Below, piece after piece: positions 20,143 to 30,817 of a stretch of DNA of 64,000 nucleotides. The position numbers and the translations under genes are program-made. A model generated the notes under the pieces. The model was not told the DNA's origin. It saw nothing but the letters and a program-made list of their open reading frames with translations, and searched no databases. Source of the DNA: Candidatus Poribacteria bacterium (lineage in GTDB: Bacteria > Poribacteria > WGA-4E > WGA-3G); assembly GCA_963663765.2 (NCBI GenBank), contig CAXXUA010000004.1, positions 1,120,001 through 1,184,000 on the forward strand, in the 5' to 3' direction. Position 1 is the stretch's first letter, and every line of letters starts with the position of its first letter.

Positions 20143-20281
20143 ATGTTTCTGAGTTTCATCGTTAGAACTTCCTCGAATGCTGTAGGACACGCACTTTTCC
20201 TTGACGTAGACGTTTACTTTCTTGAATCAAGACTGTCCAAAAACTACGGAGCTCCTCCTGTTGCTTCCATAACACCTCTAA

Positions 20282-20656
20282 CTATGCCCAACCCGTTTTC
20301 CGGTCTATATTACCAGTCCTCAGATCAGTAAGAACTGTCTTTTGTGCTTCTCCTAATGCTTCACTCTGCTTCCCATATTTCGTTGTTAATGCATGTAATT
20401 TTAGATCCGCTTTATGAAATTGAGCAATCAGTTGAAATGTGTCATCTGAAGAGTAATTTGCAAGTGCAGCATCAGTCGGAATTGTAATGGTATCCAAAAT
20501 GTCAATTTTACCCAACCCCTCTAAATAATTCTCAACAGTGAGAGTTTCAACATTCCCATTCTGCTGTTCGTTTTCATCTACTATCCAATAAACGCAAATG
20601 CCGATAAACACAATAACAAGGACGCCCAGTGCTCCGTAAAATGTTTTATTAGTCAT
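20282..20656 (-). CDS. Hypothetical membrane-anchored protein (possibly truncated)
   Basis: AAGGAG RBS, N-terminal TM segment. Confidence 0.55.
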   Translation of the reverse strand: MTNKTFYGALGVLVIVFIGICVYWIVDENEQQNGNVETLTVENYLEGLGKIDILDTITIPTDAALANYSSDDTFQLIAQFHKADLKLHALTTKYGKQSEALGEAQKTVLTDLRTGNIDRKTGWA

Positions 20657-20827
20657 TGTGTTTCTCCTTTATATTAAAGTGTTAACTTTCCGCCTATATT
20701 TAACAAAAACTTTGTAATGACAAAGTTAGAGACCGTCGGTGCGCCTAATCTAATTAGGAAACTACCCCGATGTAATCCGTCAATAGGATTATTCAGATTT
20801 CCTAATGATCAAATTTTCCAAAATGAA

Positions 20828-21069
20828 ACCCCGCTGGTAGGAGCGACCTCCCGGTCGCGACCGTACACCCCGCTGGTAGGAGCAACCTCCCGGTCACGAC
20901 CGTACACCCCGCTGGTAGGAGCAACCTCCCGGTCGCGACCGTACACCCCGCTGGTAGGAGCAACCTACCAGTCGCGACCGTACACCCCGCTGGTAGGAGC
21001 AACCTCCCGGTCGCGACCGTTTTGATTCATTGTATCCTTACGGTCGCGACCAGGAGGTCGCTCCTACCA
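20828..21069. repeat. REP-A tandem array (5 x 39 bp) plus one inverted copy
   Basis: ACCCCGCTGGTAGGAGCAACCTCCCGGTCGCGACCGTAC units. Confidence 0.9.
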
Positions 21070-21312
21070 AGAGGATAATGATGCAAAAAGAGGATAATGA
21101 TGCAAAAAAACACATTCCGCGTTTTCTGTGTCCTCTGTGATTCAGACATAATACGTAAGGTTCCTGTTTTATTCGAGTAATCCGTGATTCTGACAACACA
21201 TCTGCCAAAAACTTTACACACATGTAATCACCTCGGCTTGTAAATTTCTTACTTCTCTTGTAATTATAGCAAATTGTGTAAAAAAAGCCAATAAAAAAAG
21301 TTTGTAAAACAC

Positions 21313-21341
21313 TTGCATTTCATTCTGTTTTAACATATAAT
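21313..21341 (+). promoter_or_regulatory. Sigma70 promoter for the glycosylase gene
   Basis: TTGCAT-17-TATAAT about 10 nt before the ATG. Confidence 0.6.
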
Positions 21342-21351
21342 TTGTGAAAGC

Positions 21352-22275
21352 ATGCCGATGAAAACAACGGAATTCATTGATATAAGTCTATTACGCATAC
21401 AGAATGTGCCGGATTTTAGCCTGAAATACACTTTAGAATCTGGACAGTCATTTCGATGGAATTTGGTGAAGGACGCATATTACGGTGTCGTTGAAGAACA
21501 GATACTCAAAATACACCAACGTCATGATACCTTAATCATAGGAAGTTCTAAGCAACAAGATGAAACATCTTTCACATCACACCTGAGACATTATCTTGAT
21601 TTAGAACGCGAATTGGCAAATATCTTATCTGCAGTAAAAGTTGATGATTATATTGAACGTGCAATCAATAAATTCTGGGGGATGCGTATACTAAACCAAG
21701 AACTATGGGAAACTATAGCATCATTTATCCTATCACAAAACAACAATATAGCACGTATCCGAGGTATTATCCGGAGACTTGCCGAACGTTTCGGTGAAAG
21801 ATTAGAATTAGATGGTTATGTAGACTACACTTTTCCAACACCGCACATACTTGCTGATGCTGGAATTGATGAGATCTTTTCATGCGGAACAGGATATCGT
21901 GCAAAGTATCTCTGGAATTCTGCGAACAACATAGTCAATGGAAAATTAGTTCTTGATAATCTTAAACAAATGCAATACAATGATGCAAAACAGGAATTGA
22001 TGAAACTTGAAGGAGTTGGTGAAAAAGTTGCTGATTGTATCTGCCTCTTTTCACTTGGACACCTAACAGCATTACCTGTTGATGTGTGGATAAAACGTAT
22101 TTTTGAAAGCATTTATCTACGCAAACGCGCAACGTATCGCGAAATTCAAGAATTTGCAAGAAACTATTTCGGACAATATGTCGGGTATGCTCAACAATAT
22201 CTATTTCACTACGCTCAAAACCAACAAAACTGGGCAGATGATGAACATCTTGCATTAATCAAAAAGATAAAATAA
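21352..22275 (+). CDS. 8-oxoguanine DNA glycosylase (OGG1-like, HhH-GPD family)
   Basis: TLESGQSFRW, SFILSQNNNIARI, HhH motif LEGVGEKVADC, PVDVW, GYAQQYLF. Confidence 0.9.
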   Translation: MPMKTTEFIDISLLRIQNVPDFSLKYTLESGQSFRWNLVKDAYYGVVEEQILKIHQRHDTLIIGSSKQQDETSFTSHLRHYLDLERELANILSAVKVDDYIERAINKFWGMRILNQELWETIASFILSQNNNIARIRGIIRRLAERFGERLELDGYVDYTFPTPHILADAGIDEIFSCGTGYRAKYLWNSANNIVNGKLVLDNLKQMQYNDAKQELMKLEGVGEKVADCICLFSLGHLTALPVDVWIKRIFESIYLRKRATYREIQEFARNYFGQYVGYAQQYLFHYAQNQQNWADDEHLALIKKIK

Positions 22276-22328
22276 TCATAAAATAGTAATATCAATAAAA
22301 CGTTACGATGGGAATAGATTCAACTAAA

Positions 22329-22629
22329 CCTATTGGCGTAGACTTAAGAGAAAAATGTTGTCTTTCTCTTGTGGAAGGGTTTTGTAACCCCCAATGATAC
22401 AATGATACAGGATTAAAATTGCTAATTCGGGGTTGAAAAACCCTCCCAAAAGAAAGTTACTCCTTAAGTTTACACCAAGTTTACACCTAATGAAGTTTGA
22501 CAATCAAAATCGGTAGTTGAATTCGTAGGGGTTGGGTTCCCCAACCCGTTTGGTTTTTGAGTTTGCGTAGATCTTGTGTGGAAACCACGCACCTACGAAT
22601 ACACAACTTGAACGTCAAAACTCATTAGG
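22329..22629. mobile_element. Composite of CCTA-ended MITEs with REP-D and REP-E cargo
   Basis: TIR pair CCTAATGAAGTTTGAC / GTCAAAACTCATTAGG; flanked by direct repeat ATAGATTCAACTAAA. Confidence 0.6.
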
Positions 22630-22764
22630 GATAGATTCAACTAAACACATCATTATTATTCAAAAACATCATCTATAGAATACACAACATTACAAGAAAA
22701 TACTGTGTATTTGAAAAGTGAATTATATTAGATGAATTATGTTAAATGTTTATAGGAGGATTCA

Positions 22765-23121
22765 ATGTCTGAAAATACCGGAAAAAATGTAGTATCTCTT
22801 TTAGAAGAACATGTTGACCTTGCTATCTCTACCGTCAATAAACTGAGAGATGAAATAGTACAACATGAGACCGAAATTGCACGTCTCAACAGTGAAGTTG
22901 TACAACGTGATGCAAAAATTCAAGAACTTGAAAATGACCTAAGCGAGTTGAAGGATTCATCCGAATTTGCAAGGTTAGCAACAGAAGAGGAACGTGAAGG
23001 CATCCGTAAACAACTCGAAGGCTTAATGGCAGGTCTCACAGAACCTGGTGCAACATCAGAAAGCACTGATGATGCAAATGAAAAATCCGAGGCTGAGGTA
23101 ATGTTTAAGGCTACAAACTAA
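22765..23121 (+). CDS. Coiled-coil protein, ZapB-like
   Basis: LLEEHVDLAISTVNKLRDE...heptads...IRKQLEGLM; strong RBS. ZapB similarity is by pattern only. Confidence 0.6.
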   Translation: MSENTGKNVVSLLEEHVDLAISTVNKLRDEIVQHETEIARLNSEVVQRDAKIQELENDLSELKDSSEFARLATEEEREGIRKQLEGLMAGLTEPGATSESTDDANEKSEAEVMFKATN

Positions 23122-23146
23122 CCATAACATACCAAAGTAAATACTT

Positions 23147-24277
23147 GTGCGAGTTTTAGTCATTTCTCATTCATATATAATGAAACCATATCGGAGGAAG
23201 TTTAATCTCATCGCATCAAATACAGATGTAAGAATGTCCGTAATTACACCTGACCGTTGGTTTGAAAGTATTCAAGAAATCAAATTCGAACCCGAGAATG
23301 ATACACACTGTGAAGAGTTAGCTTGTCCAATAAGGTTTTCTGGATATGGCAGTCGGTTTTATTATCGCAATGGAATAGCACAACACTTCAAGAATTTTCA
23401 ACCTGACATTATCCATCTTGAAGAGGAACCTTGGAGCCTCAATGCATTCCAGATTGTCCGACTGAAACGAAAATACTGTCCAAACAGCAAGTTCATCTTT
23501 CGCACATCTCTTAGCATCCCATCTAAGCAACGATTCGGACCTTTACCCGTTTGGATCGAAAAGCAAGTTTTTAGCGAAACCGATGTCGCTTTTCCTCTCA
23601 GTGAAAATGCTGGTAAAATCCTAAAACAGAAAGGTTATCTCGGAACACAGATTCCCTTTCCAAACGGTGTTGACATATCGTTGTTTCAGAAACGGGATAT
23701 GAACCAACTCAAAACTTCTCTCGGACTTGCTGATAGTTTTGTCATCGGTTATATCGGTAGACTAATTCAGATGAAAGGTGTTGATACGCTTATTGAAGCA
23801 GCTGCATCCCTAAACTTCCCCTATAAAATATTGATCGTTGGTCAGGGTGAAGACAAACCAAAATTTCTTGAGATTGCAGAAACACATCAAATCGCGGATC
23901 ATATCGTATGGATAGATGTCGTCCCTCCCGAAGAAGTTCCCGATTATCTCAACTGCATGGATACCCTTGTTTTGCCCTCCCGCACAACACCAGAATGGGT
24001 TGAGTTTTTCGGCAGAGTTCTAATTGAGGGTATGGCGTGTGAAGTACCCGTCATCGGGTCAGATTCAGGGGAAATCCCACAAGTCATTGGTGATGCAGGT
24101 TTAGTCTTTCCAGAAGATGATGCGACATCTTTAGCAGAAAAGATAAACCAGATAGCAACAAATCACACACTACGCGAAGCACTTACACAGCGCGGGCTAA
24201 AAAGAGTTCAACTTTTTACATGGGAAACAATAGCACAAAACACCTATGAAGTTTATCAAGATCTATTAGCAGAATAA
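23147..24277 (+). CDS. Glycosyltransferase family 4
   Basis: PNGVD, IGYIGRL..KGV, EFFGRVLIEGMACEVPVIGSDSGEIP. Confidence 0.92.
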   Translation: MRVLVISHSYIMKPYRRKFNLIASNTDVRMSVITPDRWFESIQEIKFEPENDTHCEELACPIRFSGYGSRFYYRNGIAQHFKNFQPDIIHLEEEPWSLNAFQIVRLKRKYCPNSKFIFRTSLSIPSKQRFGPLPVWIEKQVFSETDVAFPLSENAGKILKQKGYLGTQIPFPNGVDISLFQKRDMNQLKTSLGLADSFVIGYIGRLIQMKGVDTLIEAAASLNFPYKILIVGQGEDKPKFLEIAETHQIADHIVWIDVVPPEEVPDYLNCMDTLVLPSRTTPEWVEFFGRVLIEGMACEVPVIGSDSGEIPQVIGDAGLVFPEDDATSLAEKINQIATNHTLREALTQRGLKRVQLFTWETIAQNTYEVYQDLLAE

Positions 24278-24342
24278 CTACTGACTATGTATGTTGAATC
24301 GCATGTGAAATAAAATGGGTTAATAGAAGAGATTGGAAGGAA

Positions 24343-24425
24343 TGCCCCCGACTGGACTCGAACCAGCATGCCAACTAAGGCACAGGTCCTTAACCTGCTG
24401 TGTATACCAATTCCACCACAGGGGC
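24343..24425 (-). tRNA. tRNA-Leu(AAG)
   Basis: GCCCCTGTGGTGGAATTGGTATACACA-GCAGG-TTAAGGA-CCTGT, long variable arm, GCTGGTTCGAGTCCAGT-CGGGGGCA; anticodon at 24391-24389. Confidence 0.9.
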
Positions 24426-24434
24426 ATTTAAACT

Positions 24435-24463
24435 ATTATACTTCTGAACAAGCAGAAAGTCAA
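24435..24463 (-). promoter_or_regulatory. Sigma70 promoter of tRNA-Leu
   Basis: TTGACT-17-TATAAT ending 9 nt before the tRNA 5' end. Confidence 0.75.
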
Positions 24464-24506
24464 ATATTTTGCAGAAATTGGCAAAGGAATCCAATTGTTG
24501 AAATGT

Positions 24507-25197
24507 ACTCTTGTAGGAGAGGTTTTCAACCCTGATTTCCACCTCTTCTGTAGGTGGGGTAGGGATTTTAACATCTTGTGGGAGGGGTTTTCAACCCCGA
24601 CAGAAGCCAAACGCGCTTCTGACGTTGATTTGGATTTTATGTGCATTTCCACTCAAATCGGGGTTGAAAACCACTCTCACAAAAGAAAATGCAAACAATA
24701 TTTTCTTAAGTTGACACCTATGGGTACTTTGTAAGCGCACCCCGACGGTAAGCGGGGAATGCCTAAATGGCATTCATACCGCTGATCTGGTGCTTTGTAA
24801 GCGCACCCCCGATGGTAGACGTGCTTTGTAAGCGCGCACCCGATGGTAGACGTGCTTTGTAAGCGCACCCCCGATGGTAGGCGTGCTTTGTAAGCGCGCA
24901 CCGATGGTAGACGTGCTTTGTAAGCGCGCACCGATGGTACGCGTGCTTTGTAAGCGCGCACCGATGGTAGGCGTGCTTTGTAAGCGCGCTCTTGGGACTT
25001 GATGTACCAGCGCGCTTACAAAGCACGCCTACCAGGGTAGGTTAGATAAAATTACCTAATTTATTTTTTAATCTTCATATAAGGGGGTTAGGGGGGTTAA
25101 AAAGTCGCTATTTCAGTTATTTAACCCCCTAAATCCACCTTATCAGTGGGACTTTAAGAGGCAATGTGGAAGTCATAACTATTTATCAAACTCACGT
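24507..25197. repeat. Mixed REP-D (GGGAGGGGTTTTCAACCCCGA) and REP-C (GTAGGCGTGCTTTGTAAGCGC) cluster ending in an IS982-type end
   Basis: About 30-bp tandem REP-C units at 24790-24990; TTATCAAACTCACGT at about 25183-25197 is identical to the IS982 right TIR. Confidence 0.8.
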
Positions 25198-25269
25198 TAC
25201 GTTTAGTTGTCATCGGTTTGATTTCCATTAGTTTGATAGCTGCTATAGGTTTCTATACGACCGATAGAT

Positions 25270-25769
25270 TTCACAGAGTTGTTCGTATTAGTGCATCAAA
25301 ACTGATGCAGCATAATTGATCGGATGCTTACTGTGCTAACAATACCTATGGAAACAAATCCATCCGTGTCACAGGTCAAATCAAGCGTATTGAGAAGGAA
25401 GAATTGGTCTATTTAGGATTAACTAATCAATTCAAAACAACCGTCGTGCTTCGGGGAATTGACGGGGACCTGATGGTGTCTAGTGAAGATCTTATTGAGC
25501 TATATACAAGGAGAAATAATCCTTCCAGTGTTCCAAGACGCAAAAAACGAAATACTTATGAAGTGCTTTGTTTATTTGATCGAGATCAAACATATTCACT
25601 ACGCTATCTTAATACGGGTGATTTTGTGGAAATACGCGGGAACGTTGTATCTAATAGTTTAGGCAAGTATAACAATATATTATACGGTTTAGATATTGCG
25701 AAGTGTGTTTTGAAAAACCACCGTCCCAACAGCGAGGACATAGACGATGCAAGCATTAGTACCGATTGA
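25270..25769 (+). pseudogene. Degraded OB-fold (tRNA_anti-like) protein
   Basis: The frame upstream of ORF 25404 reads VRISASKLMQHN*SDAYCANNTYGNKSIRVTGQIKRI; 5' end appears lost at the repeat cluster. Confidence 0.4.
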
Positions 25770-26068
25770 TACAGGAACAGCATTACAACACACCATTGAC
25801 AATAAACTGTGAATTAGCATCGCGTGTGACACGCTATTGCTAAAATCCAGACTCGCATATCAGCAGGTGTGGAGACAACTTGATGAAGTCATATCCGAAT
25901 TTCAGTTATGGCTTCAATTCAAGAAAACTCTTGTCTATTTTTGCACATAAGCCACTTAAGAAATATCAGTTTTAAACTTTTTTGGAATATAATCGTCTAA
26001 CGTAACATAAATCCTTTTAGGATCATACCATAAACCTTGAGGATCATACACATTGAGACAGGATACAG

Positions 26069-26323
26069 ATGCAAAACCCTAACCCAGCATTTGAACAACT
26101 TCTCTCCAGTACACTTGACAGAGAAGTCCGTTTTGACGCATATTCAAAAGCACTATACAGCACAGATGCAAGTCTATACAAAATAGAACACATCGGTGTC
26201 GTAATTCACAAGCACAAACAAGATGTCATAAACACAATCCAGATCGATGCTGAACACAAAATCTCTATACTTCCCCGCGGTGGAGGAACGAGTCTCGCCG
26301 AACAGTGTGAATGTAGATACTGA
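26069..26323 (+). pseudogene. Truncated, diverged 5' duplicate of the FAD oxidoreductase at 33047
   Basis: MQNPNPAFEQLLSSTLDREVRFDAYSKALYSTDASLY...PRGGGTSLA matches the N-terminus of 33047; about 200 bp upstream is also homologous. Confidence 0.9.
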
Positions 26324-26351
26324 GTGGACTGACCTTCGTTTATACAAAGCA

Positions 26352-26610
26352 ATGATAAACCAAGACCCCAACATTCACCACGGAGCAACAGTGTTTACCG
26401 GCACCCGTGTTCCTATATAGTCACTGATTGATCATAAAAAAGCAGGAGACAGCCTTTATGACTTTCTTGAGGGCTTCCCTTCTGTTTCACGAGAACATGC
26501 AATCGCATTCTTAGAATTCGCATTGACAACAGCAATTGAGACATACGCACAACAAGATAGGAAAACAAAGTGACATGCACGTTCTATTTGACGAAAACAT
26601 AAACTGCTGA
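26352..26610 (+). pseudogene. Decayed DUF433 antitoxin plus the start of a DUF5615/PIN-like toxin
   Basis: MINQDPNIHHGATVFTGTRVPI*SLIDHKKAGDSLYDFLEGFPSVSREHA (in-frame TAG at 26418), then MHVLFDENINC*. Confidence 0.75.
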
Positions 26611-26701
26611 TTAGTCCGATATAATAAAATGCGACCAAATTAAAAAATGAAATAAAATTCAAATCATACAAAAACATACACATAATACAAAGAGGTTTAC
26701 C

Positions 26702-29700
26702 ATGATATTCAAAAGTTTTTCTCTGACAATAATTACAATTTTAACTTTCTTACTCCCGGGTTTCGCGCAGGAACCGGAATTTCAAGATTATACTGTGAAA
26801 CTCATCTACTTTCTTCCAAAAGACCGTGAACCTCAGAAAGATATAGATGCTAAAATTGATAAGTTAATTAAAAACGTTCAGAAATTTTATGCAGACGAAA
26901 TGGAACGGCACGGATTCGGTAGAAAAACGTTTCAGTTTGAGACAGATGAAGCTGGCAATGCTGTAGTACATCATTTGATAGGTGAACACAATGACGAGCG
27001 TTACCTGAATGCTTCATGGATGACGTGGAGACCAATTTATAAAAAGTTTAAACGATCAAATACTGTCTTTTTCAATGTTATTGATTTCAGTAGTCAACGA
27101 ACCCGCCCAGGGAGTTGTGGAGAGGGACAAGGTGGATTAGACGGTGGACAAGTGCTAATTCCTGCTTCAGGCATCTGTTTTACTCTTGACGTTGCTGCGC
27201 ATGAACTTGGACACGCTTTCGGGTTACCGCACGACTGGCGCAGCGGTTCGCATATTATGTCTTATGGTCCAAGACGAAACAGAATCTCTTTCTGTGCAGC
27301 GCAATGGTTAGATGTTCACCCGTTCTTCAACACCGACCAAATCGACACATTGAAGACAACTTCTAAAACACCGCCAGAGATTAAGATTCTGAAAGTTATA
27401 GAGTACCCATCAAATCTCTTTCACACATATTTTAGGCTGACTGATGCTGATGGACTCCATCACGCACAGATGCAAACCCGATCAACACAACGCTCAGGTT
27501 TGTCAATGCACGGATGTCTAAACCTAAACGGCGAAAGTCATTTAATTCGCTTCACAACTTCCGGGACAGAAATTCTGCTTACCGCTCTTGATGTCCATGG
27601 GAATGTTTCACCGAAGTGGATCACGTTTAAAGATACGAAACCAAACATCAAATTAAATATTTATTCTGGGAATGATAGTGGGAAAGATGGTTTAATCGGG
27701 CATTGGACTTTTGATGAAGTTCAAGATACATTTGCATTTAATTCAAGTGGAAATGGCAACAACGCAATACTTAGCGACGGAGCTGTGTTACAACTTAATA
27801 GCGGAAAAATTGGAGGTGCATTGAGACTTAATGGTAGACATAGTGCCTTTATACCTAATGGAAAGAATCTCATCAATGGCCTTAAAACCTTTACAATAGT
27901 CTTTTGGGTAAAATCAGATACAGTTGACACCGACAAAGGCTTTATTTTCCCCAAAAACCCTAACGACAAAGATGAAATATTTTCCATACGTTACGATGCT
28001 AAGGGAAATGAAGGTGGCGGTACTAATGTTGTCAAAGCAGGCATAACAACAACAGGTGGAGTTCAAACTTATGAGAGTGCAAGCGATGTGCAAACTACCG
28101 AGTGGCAACACATCGCACTAACTTGGCAAAGCGGTCAGGAATTAACTCTCTACATTAACGGGGTGCTTGATAATCCTACATTTAATTCTCCAGCAACTGA
28201 AGGTGAAATAATAGGTGCCGAAACGTTGATTATCGGTAGGGGTTGTAAAGACAAAAGTGGATCCTTCAATGGCTTGATTGATGATGTCCATCTCTATAAT
28301 AGGGTTTTGAGCAAGAAGGAAATTGCTGAGTTATCTCAAATCAACGTAAACGCTGATCCTGTTTATGACGTTGCTTTAGCAGGAGTAGCAGATATAAGCC
28401 CAGAGCATATAGATGAAAGCAAAGATGTAAAGTTTCTTTTTACAGTTACGAATACTGGTAATACAGAAGATACGGTAAAATTAAAAATGTTTGGCAATGC
28501 AGGCGGAACACTGAGTCAACTTTCGGAATCACTTGCTCCTCACACTTCTTCATTAGTGACATTAACAATTGATGGTGCATCGCTTACCACTGCAGGAGAA
28601 CGTGTGGCAATAGTCACAGCTATTTCGGAAGGTGACAACACAAAGACCGCTCAAATCAATGCAAGAGTCTCGATACCACCTGTTTATGGTTTCACTTTAA
28701 CGGGTGTTGGAAAAATGACAAATGAGGTAGTAAACACAAGCCAAGATGTAGAGTATACCTTGAAAGTTACAAACACCGGTAATACTGAGGATACAATAAA
28801 ATTAACAACATCTGGTATAGATAACGCTACATTGAGTGAAACATCCCTTCTGCTTGACACAAAGGCTTCAACTACAGTGAAGTTGACTTTGCCCAAGGCT
28901 TCACTTGATACTGATACAGATTATATTGTCAAAGTTACGGCTACTTCAACAGGTGATAACACAATAACCTCACGTTTGACCACTATTACAACAGTTCATG
29001 CCAATTCTGATCCTATTATTGATCTAAAAGATGGGTTAGTAGGACATTGGACGTTTGATGAGGAAGCCGGAAACACTGCATCTGATATGAGCGGAAACCA
29101 AAACAACGCAACGATCCACTCAATAGGTAACATTTGGAAACCAAACAGCGGGAAAATTAATGGAGCATTACAACTTGATGGTAGAAGTGATGGTGCTTCT
29201 GTCCCAAACGGAGGTAATCTCATCAACTCACTTGAAGCTTTTACCATAGCCTTTTGGGTAAAATTAGATGAAATTGGCACGCCGCAGCCTCATCTTCCAG
29301 AGAATTTAACGATCCCCTTTTGGAAAAAATTTGCGAAAGTTGACACTGACAACGGTTGCATTTTTTCGCCTAAAAACACCTATGATAAAGATGGCGTATT
29401 CACAATACGTTACGATACTAACGGAAATAAAGGTGGCGGCAGCAATGTTATCACAGCTTCTATTACAACAATAGGAGGTGTCCAAAAATATGAGAGTACA
29501 AGCAACATACAAACCACAGAATGGCAACATATCGCTTTAGTAAGGCATAGTGGACGAGAACTCGCACTATACATCAACGGTGTGCTTGATCAACCTACGT
29601 TCAATAGTCCCTCAACACAAGGTGAAGTTATAGGAGCAGAACAACTAATAATCGGTAGAGGTGGTAAGGACACGATTAGTGCTCTTAAAGGACTTATTGA

Positions 29701-29761
29701 TGATGTTCGACTCTATGACAGAGCATTGAGTAGTAGTGAAATTACCAACTTGATGAAATAA
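26702..29761 (+). CDS. Secreted metzincin-type metallopeptidase with two LamG domains and two Ig-like repeats
   Basis: Signal peptide; HELGHAFGLPH plus Met-turn IMSY; two GHWTFDE...WQHIAL...IDDVxLY LamG domains; two VTNTGNTEDT repeats. Confidence 0.85.
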   Translation: MIFKSFSLTIITILTFLLPGFAQEPEFQDYTVKLIYFLPKDREPQKDIDAKIDKLIKNVQKFYADEMERHGFGRKTFQFETDEAGNAVVHHLIGEHNDERYLNASWMTWRPIYKKFKRSNTVFFNVIDFSSQRTRPGSCGEGQGGLDGGQVLIPASGICFTLDVAAHELGHAFGLPHDWRSGSHIMSYGPRRNRISFCAAQWLDVHPFFNTDQIDTLKTTSKTPPEIKILKVIEYPSNLFHTYFRLTDADGLHHAQMQTRSTQRSGLSMHGCLNLNGESHLIRFTTSGTEILLTALDVHGNVSPKWITFKDTKPNIKLNIYSGNDSGKDGLIGHWTFDEVQDTFAFNSSGNGNNAILSDGAVLQLNSGKIGGALRLNGRHSAFIPNGKNLINGLKTFTIVFWVKSDTVDTDKGFIFPKNPNDKDEIFSIRYDAKGNEGGGTNVVKAGITTTGGVQTYESASDVQTTEWQHIALTWQSGQELTLYINGVLDNPTFNSPATEGEIIGAETLIIGRGCKDKSGSFNGLIDDVHLYNRVLSKKEIAELSQINVNADPVYDVALAGVADISPEHIDESKDVKFLFTVTNTGNTEDTVKLKMFGNAGGTLSQLSESLAPHTSSLVTLTIDGASLTTAGERVAIVTAISEGDNTKTAQINARVSIPPVYGFTLTGVGKMTNEVVNTSQDVEYTLKVTNTGNTEDTIKLTTSGIDNATLSETSLLLDTKASTTVKLTLPKASLDTDTDYIVKVTATSTGDNTITSRLTTITTVHANSDPIIDLKDGLVGHWTFDEEAGNTASDMSGNQNNATIHSIGNIWKPNSGKINGALQLDGRSDGASVPNGGNLINSLEAFTIAFWVKLDEIGTPQPHLPENLTIPFWKKFAKVDTDNGCIFSPKNTYDKDGVFTIRYDTNGNKGGGSNVITASITTIGGVQKYESTSNIQTTEWQHIALVRHSGRELALYINGVLDQPTFNSPSTQGEVIGAEQLIIGRGGKDTISALKGLIDDVRLYDRALSSSEITNLMK

Positions 29762-30134
29762 TTATGTATAGTAACGTAAGTTGCTACCTATAAGGTTTAG
29801 ACGAATAAACACCGTTTATTATAGAGTATAATACACTTTTCGGTAGTATTTGTAGCACAAACTTTTAGTTTGTGCATCCTTAGAACGCAAACTGAAAGTT
29901 CACGCTACAAATGCGTACTGGCTCAATGCCAAAACCACCTTCTTGGTGAAATAATTATGTATAGTAACGCAAGTTGCTACCTATAAGGTTTAGACGAATA
30001 AACACCGTTTATTATAGAGTATAATACACTTTTCGGTAGTATTTGTAGCACAAACTTTTAGTTTGTGCATCCTTAGAACGCAAACTGAAAGTTCACGCTA
30101 CAAATGCGTACTGGCTCAATGCCAAAACCACCTT
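29754..30134. repeat. Tandem duplication (period 193 bp) carrying TGTAGCACAAACTTTTAGTTTGTGC hairpins
   Basis: Two near-identical units; the unit start includes the last codons and stop of the LamG gene. Confidence 0.85.
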
Positions 30135-30817
30135 TGGGATTTAGTATGAAACCACATCAGATTCCAAAATTGCTTATACCGAGTTCACGTTAATTTTAAT
30201 GCATTTTAAATGGAGAATAAACTGATGATAAATCCCAAAGAACTCGCGAAAACAGGCTTAATTCTGCTTGAAGAACCTGTCCTCGCCATTTTATTTATTG
30301 CAATAAGTAGTTTTGGACTTGCAAAAATCCCTTAAGACTCATCAGGCACACTGGATGTCTCCAAACCCTCTGCATCATGATTCAGTTCGTTCTTAGCAAT
30401 ATGGTGTGACAATGTTTCTGACAAATAATGGCTTACAAGACTCAGTTCTTCTAAATGCTCACTTTCAGATAAAGCAGGTTTCAAAAGAGCATTACTGTCT
30501 TTGTCAAATCCATTATCTTCAATACTTTTGCCATAGATTTTCTACTATCCATCATCGCATACTTTCATTGACAAACTTATCAAAAATGCTGTTATTGCTC
30601 CTATAGTTATACTTATAGCACGCCTCTGCCACATACAAGGGAGTGTATTCTGTTTGGTAATGGTGGTGACTACCATACCACGCCCGTTTTAGTAGACCCC
30701 AAAACCCCTCAATCGTGTTTGTATGGACATCTCCATCAACAAATTGCTCCTCGTGATTGATGATGTGATGTTGTAACTCTTTTCCAAGCGTCAGATACGC
30801 TTTATATTCTTATGTTA

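Noticed and set aside
19141-21069. 39-bp REP-A tandem arrays as CRISPR or coding ORFs (VGATSRSRP repeats)
   Set aside because: Inter-repeat sequences are near-identical and copies occur in both orientations across the window; the ORFs are translations of the repeats.
24321-24332. 12-nt match (TAATAGAAGAGA) to the putative omegaRNA guide, next to tRNA-Leu
   Set aside because: Short and low-complexity, and preceded by GGGT rather than the predicted TGAA motif; probably chance.
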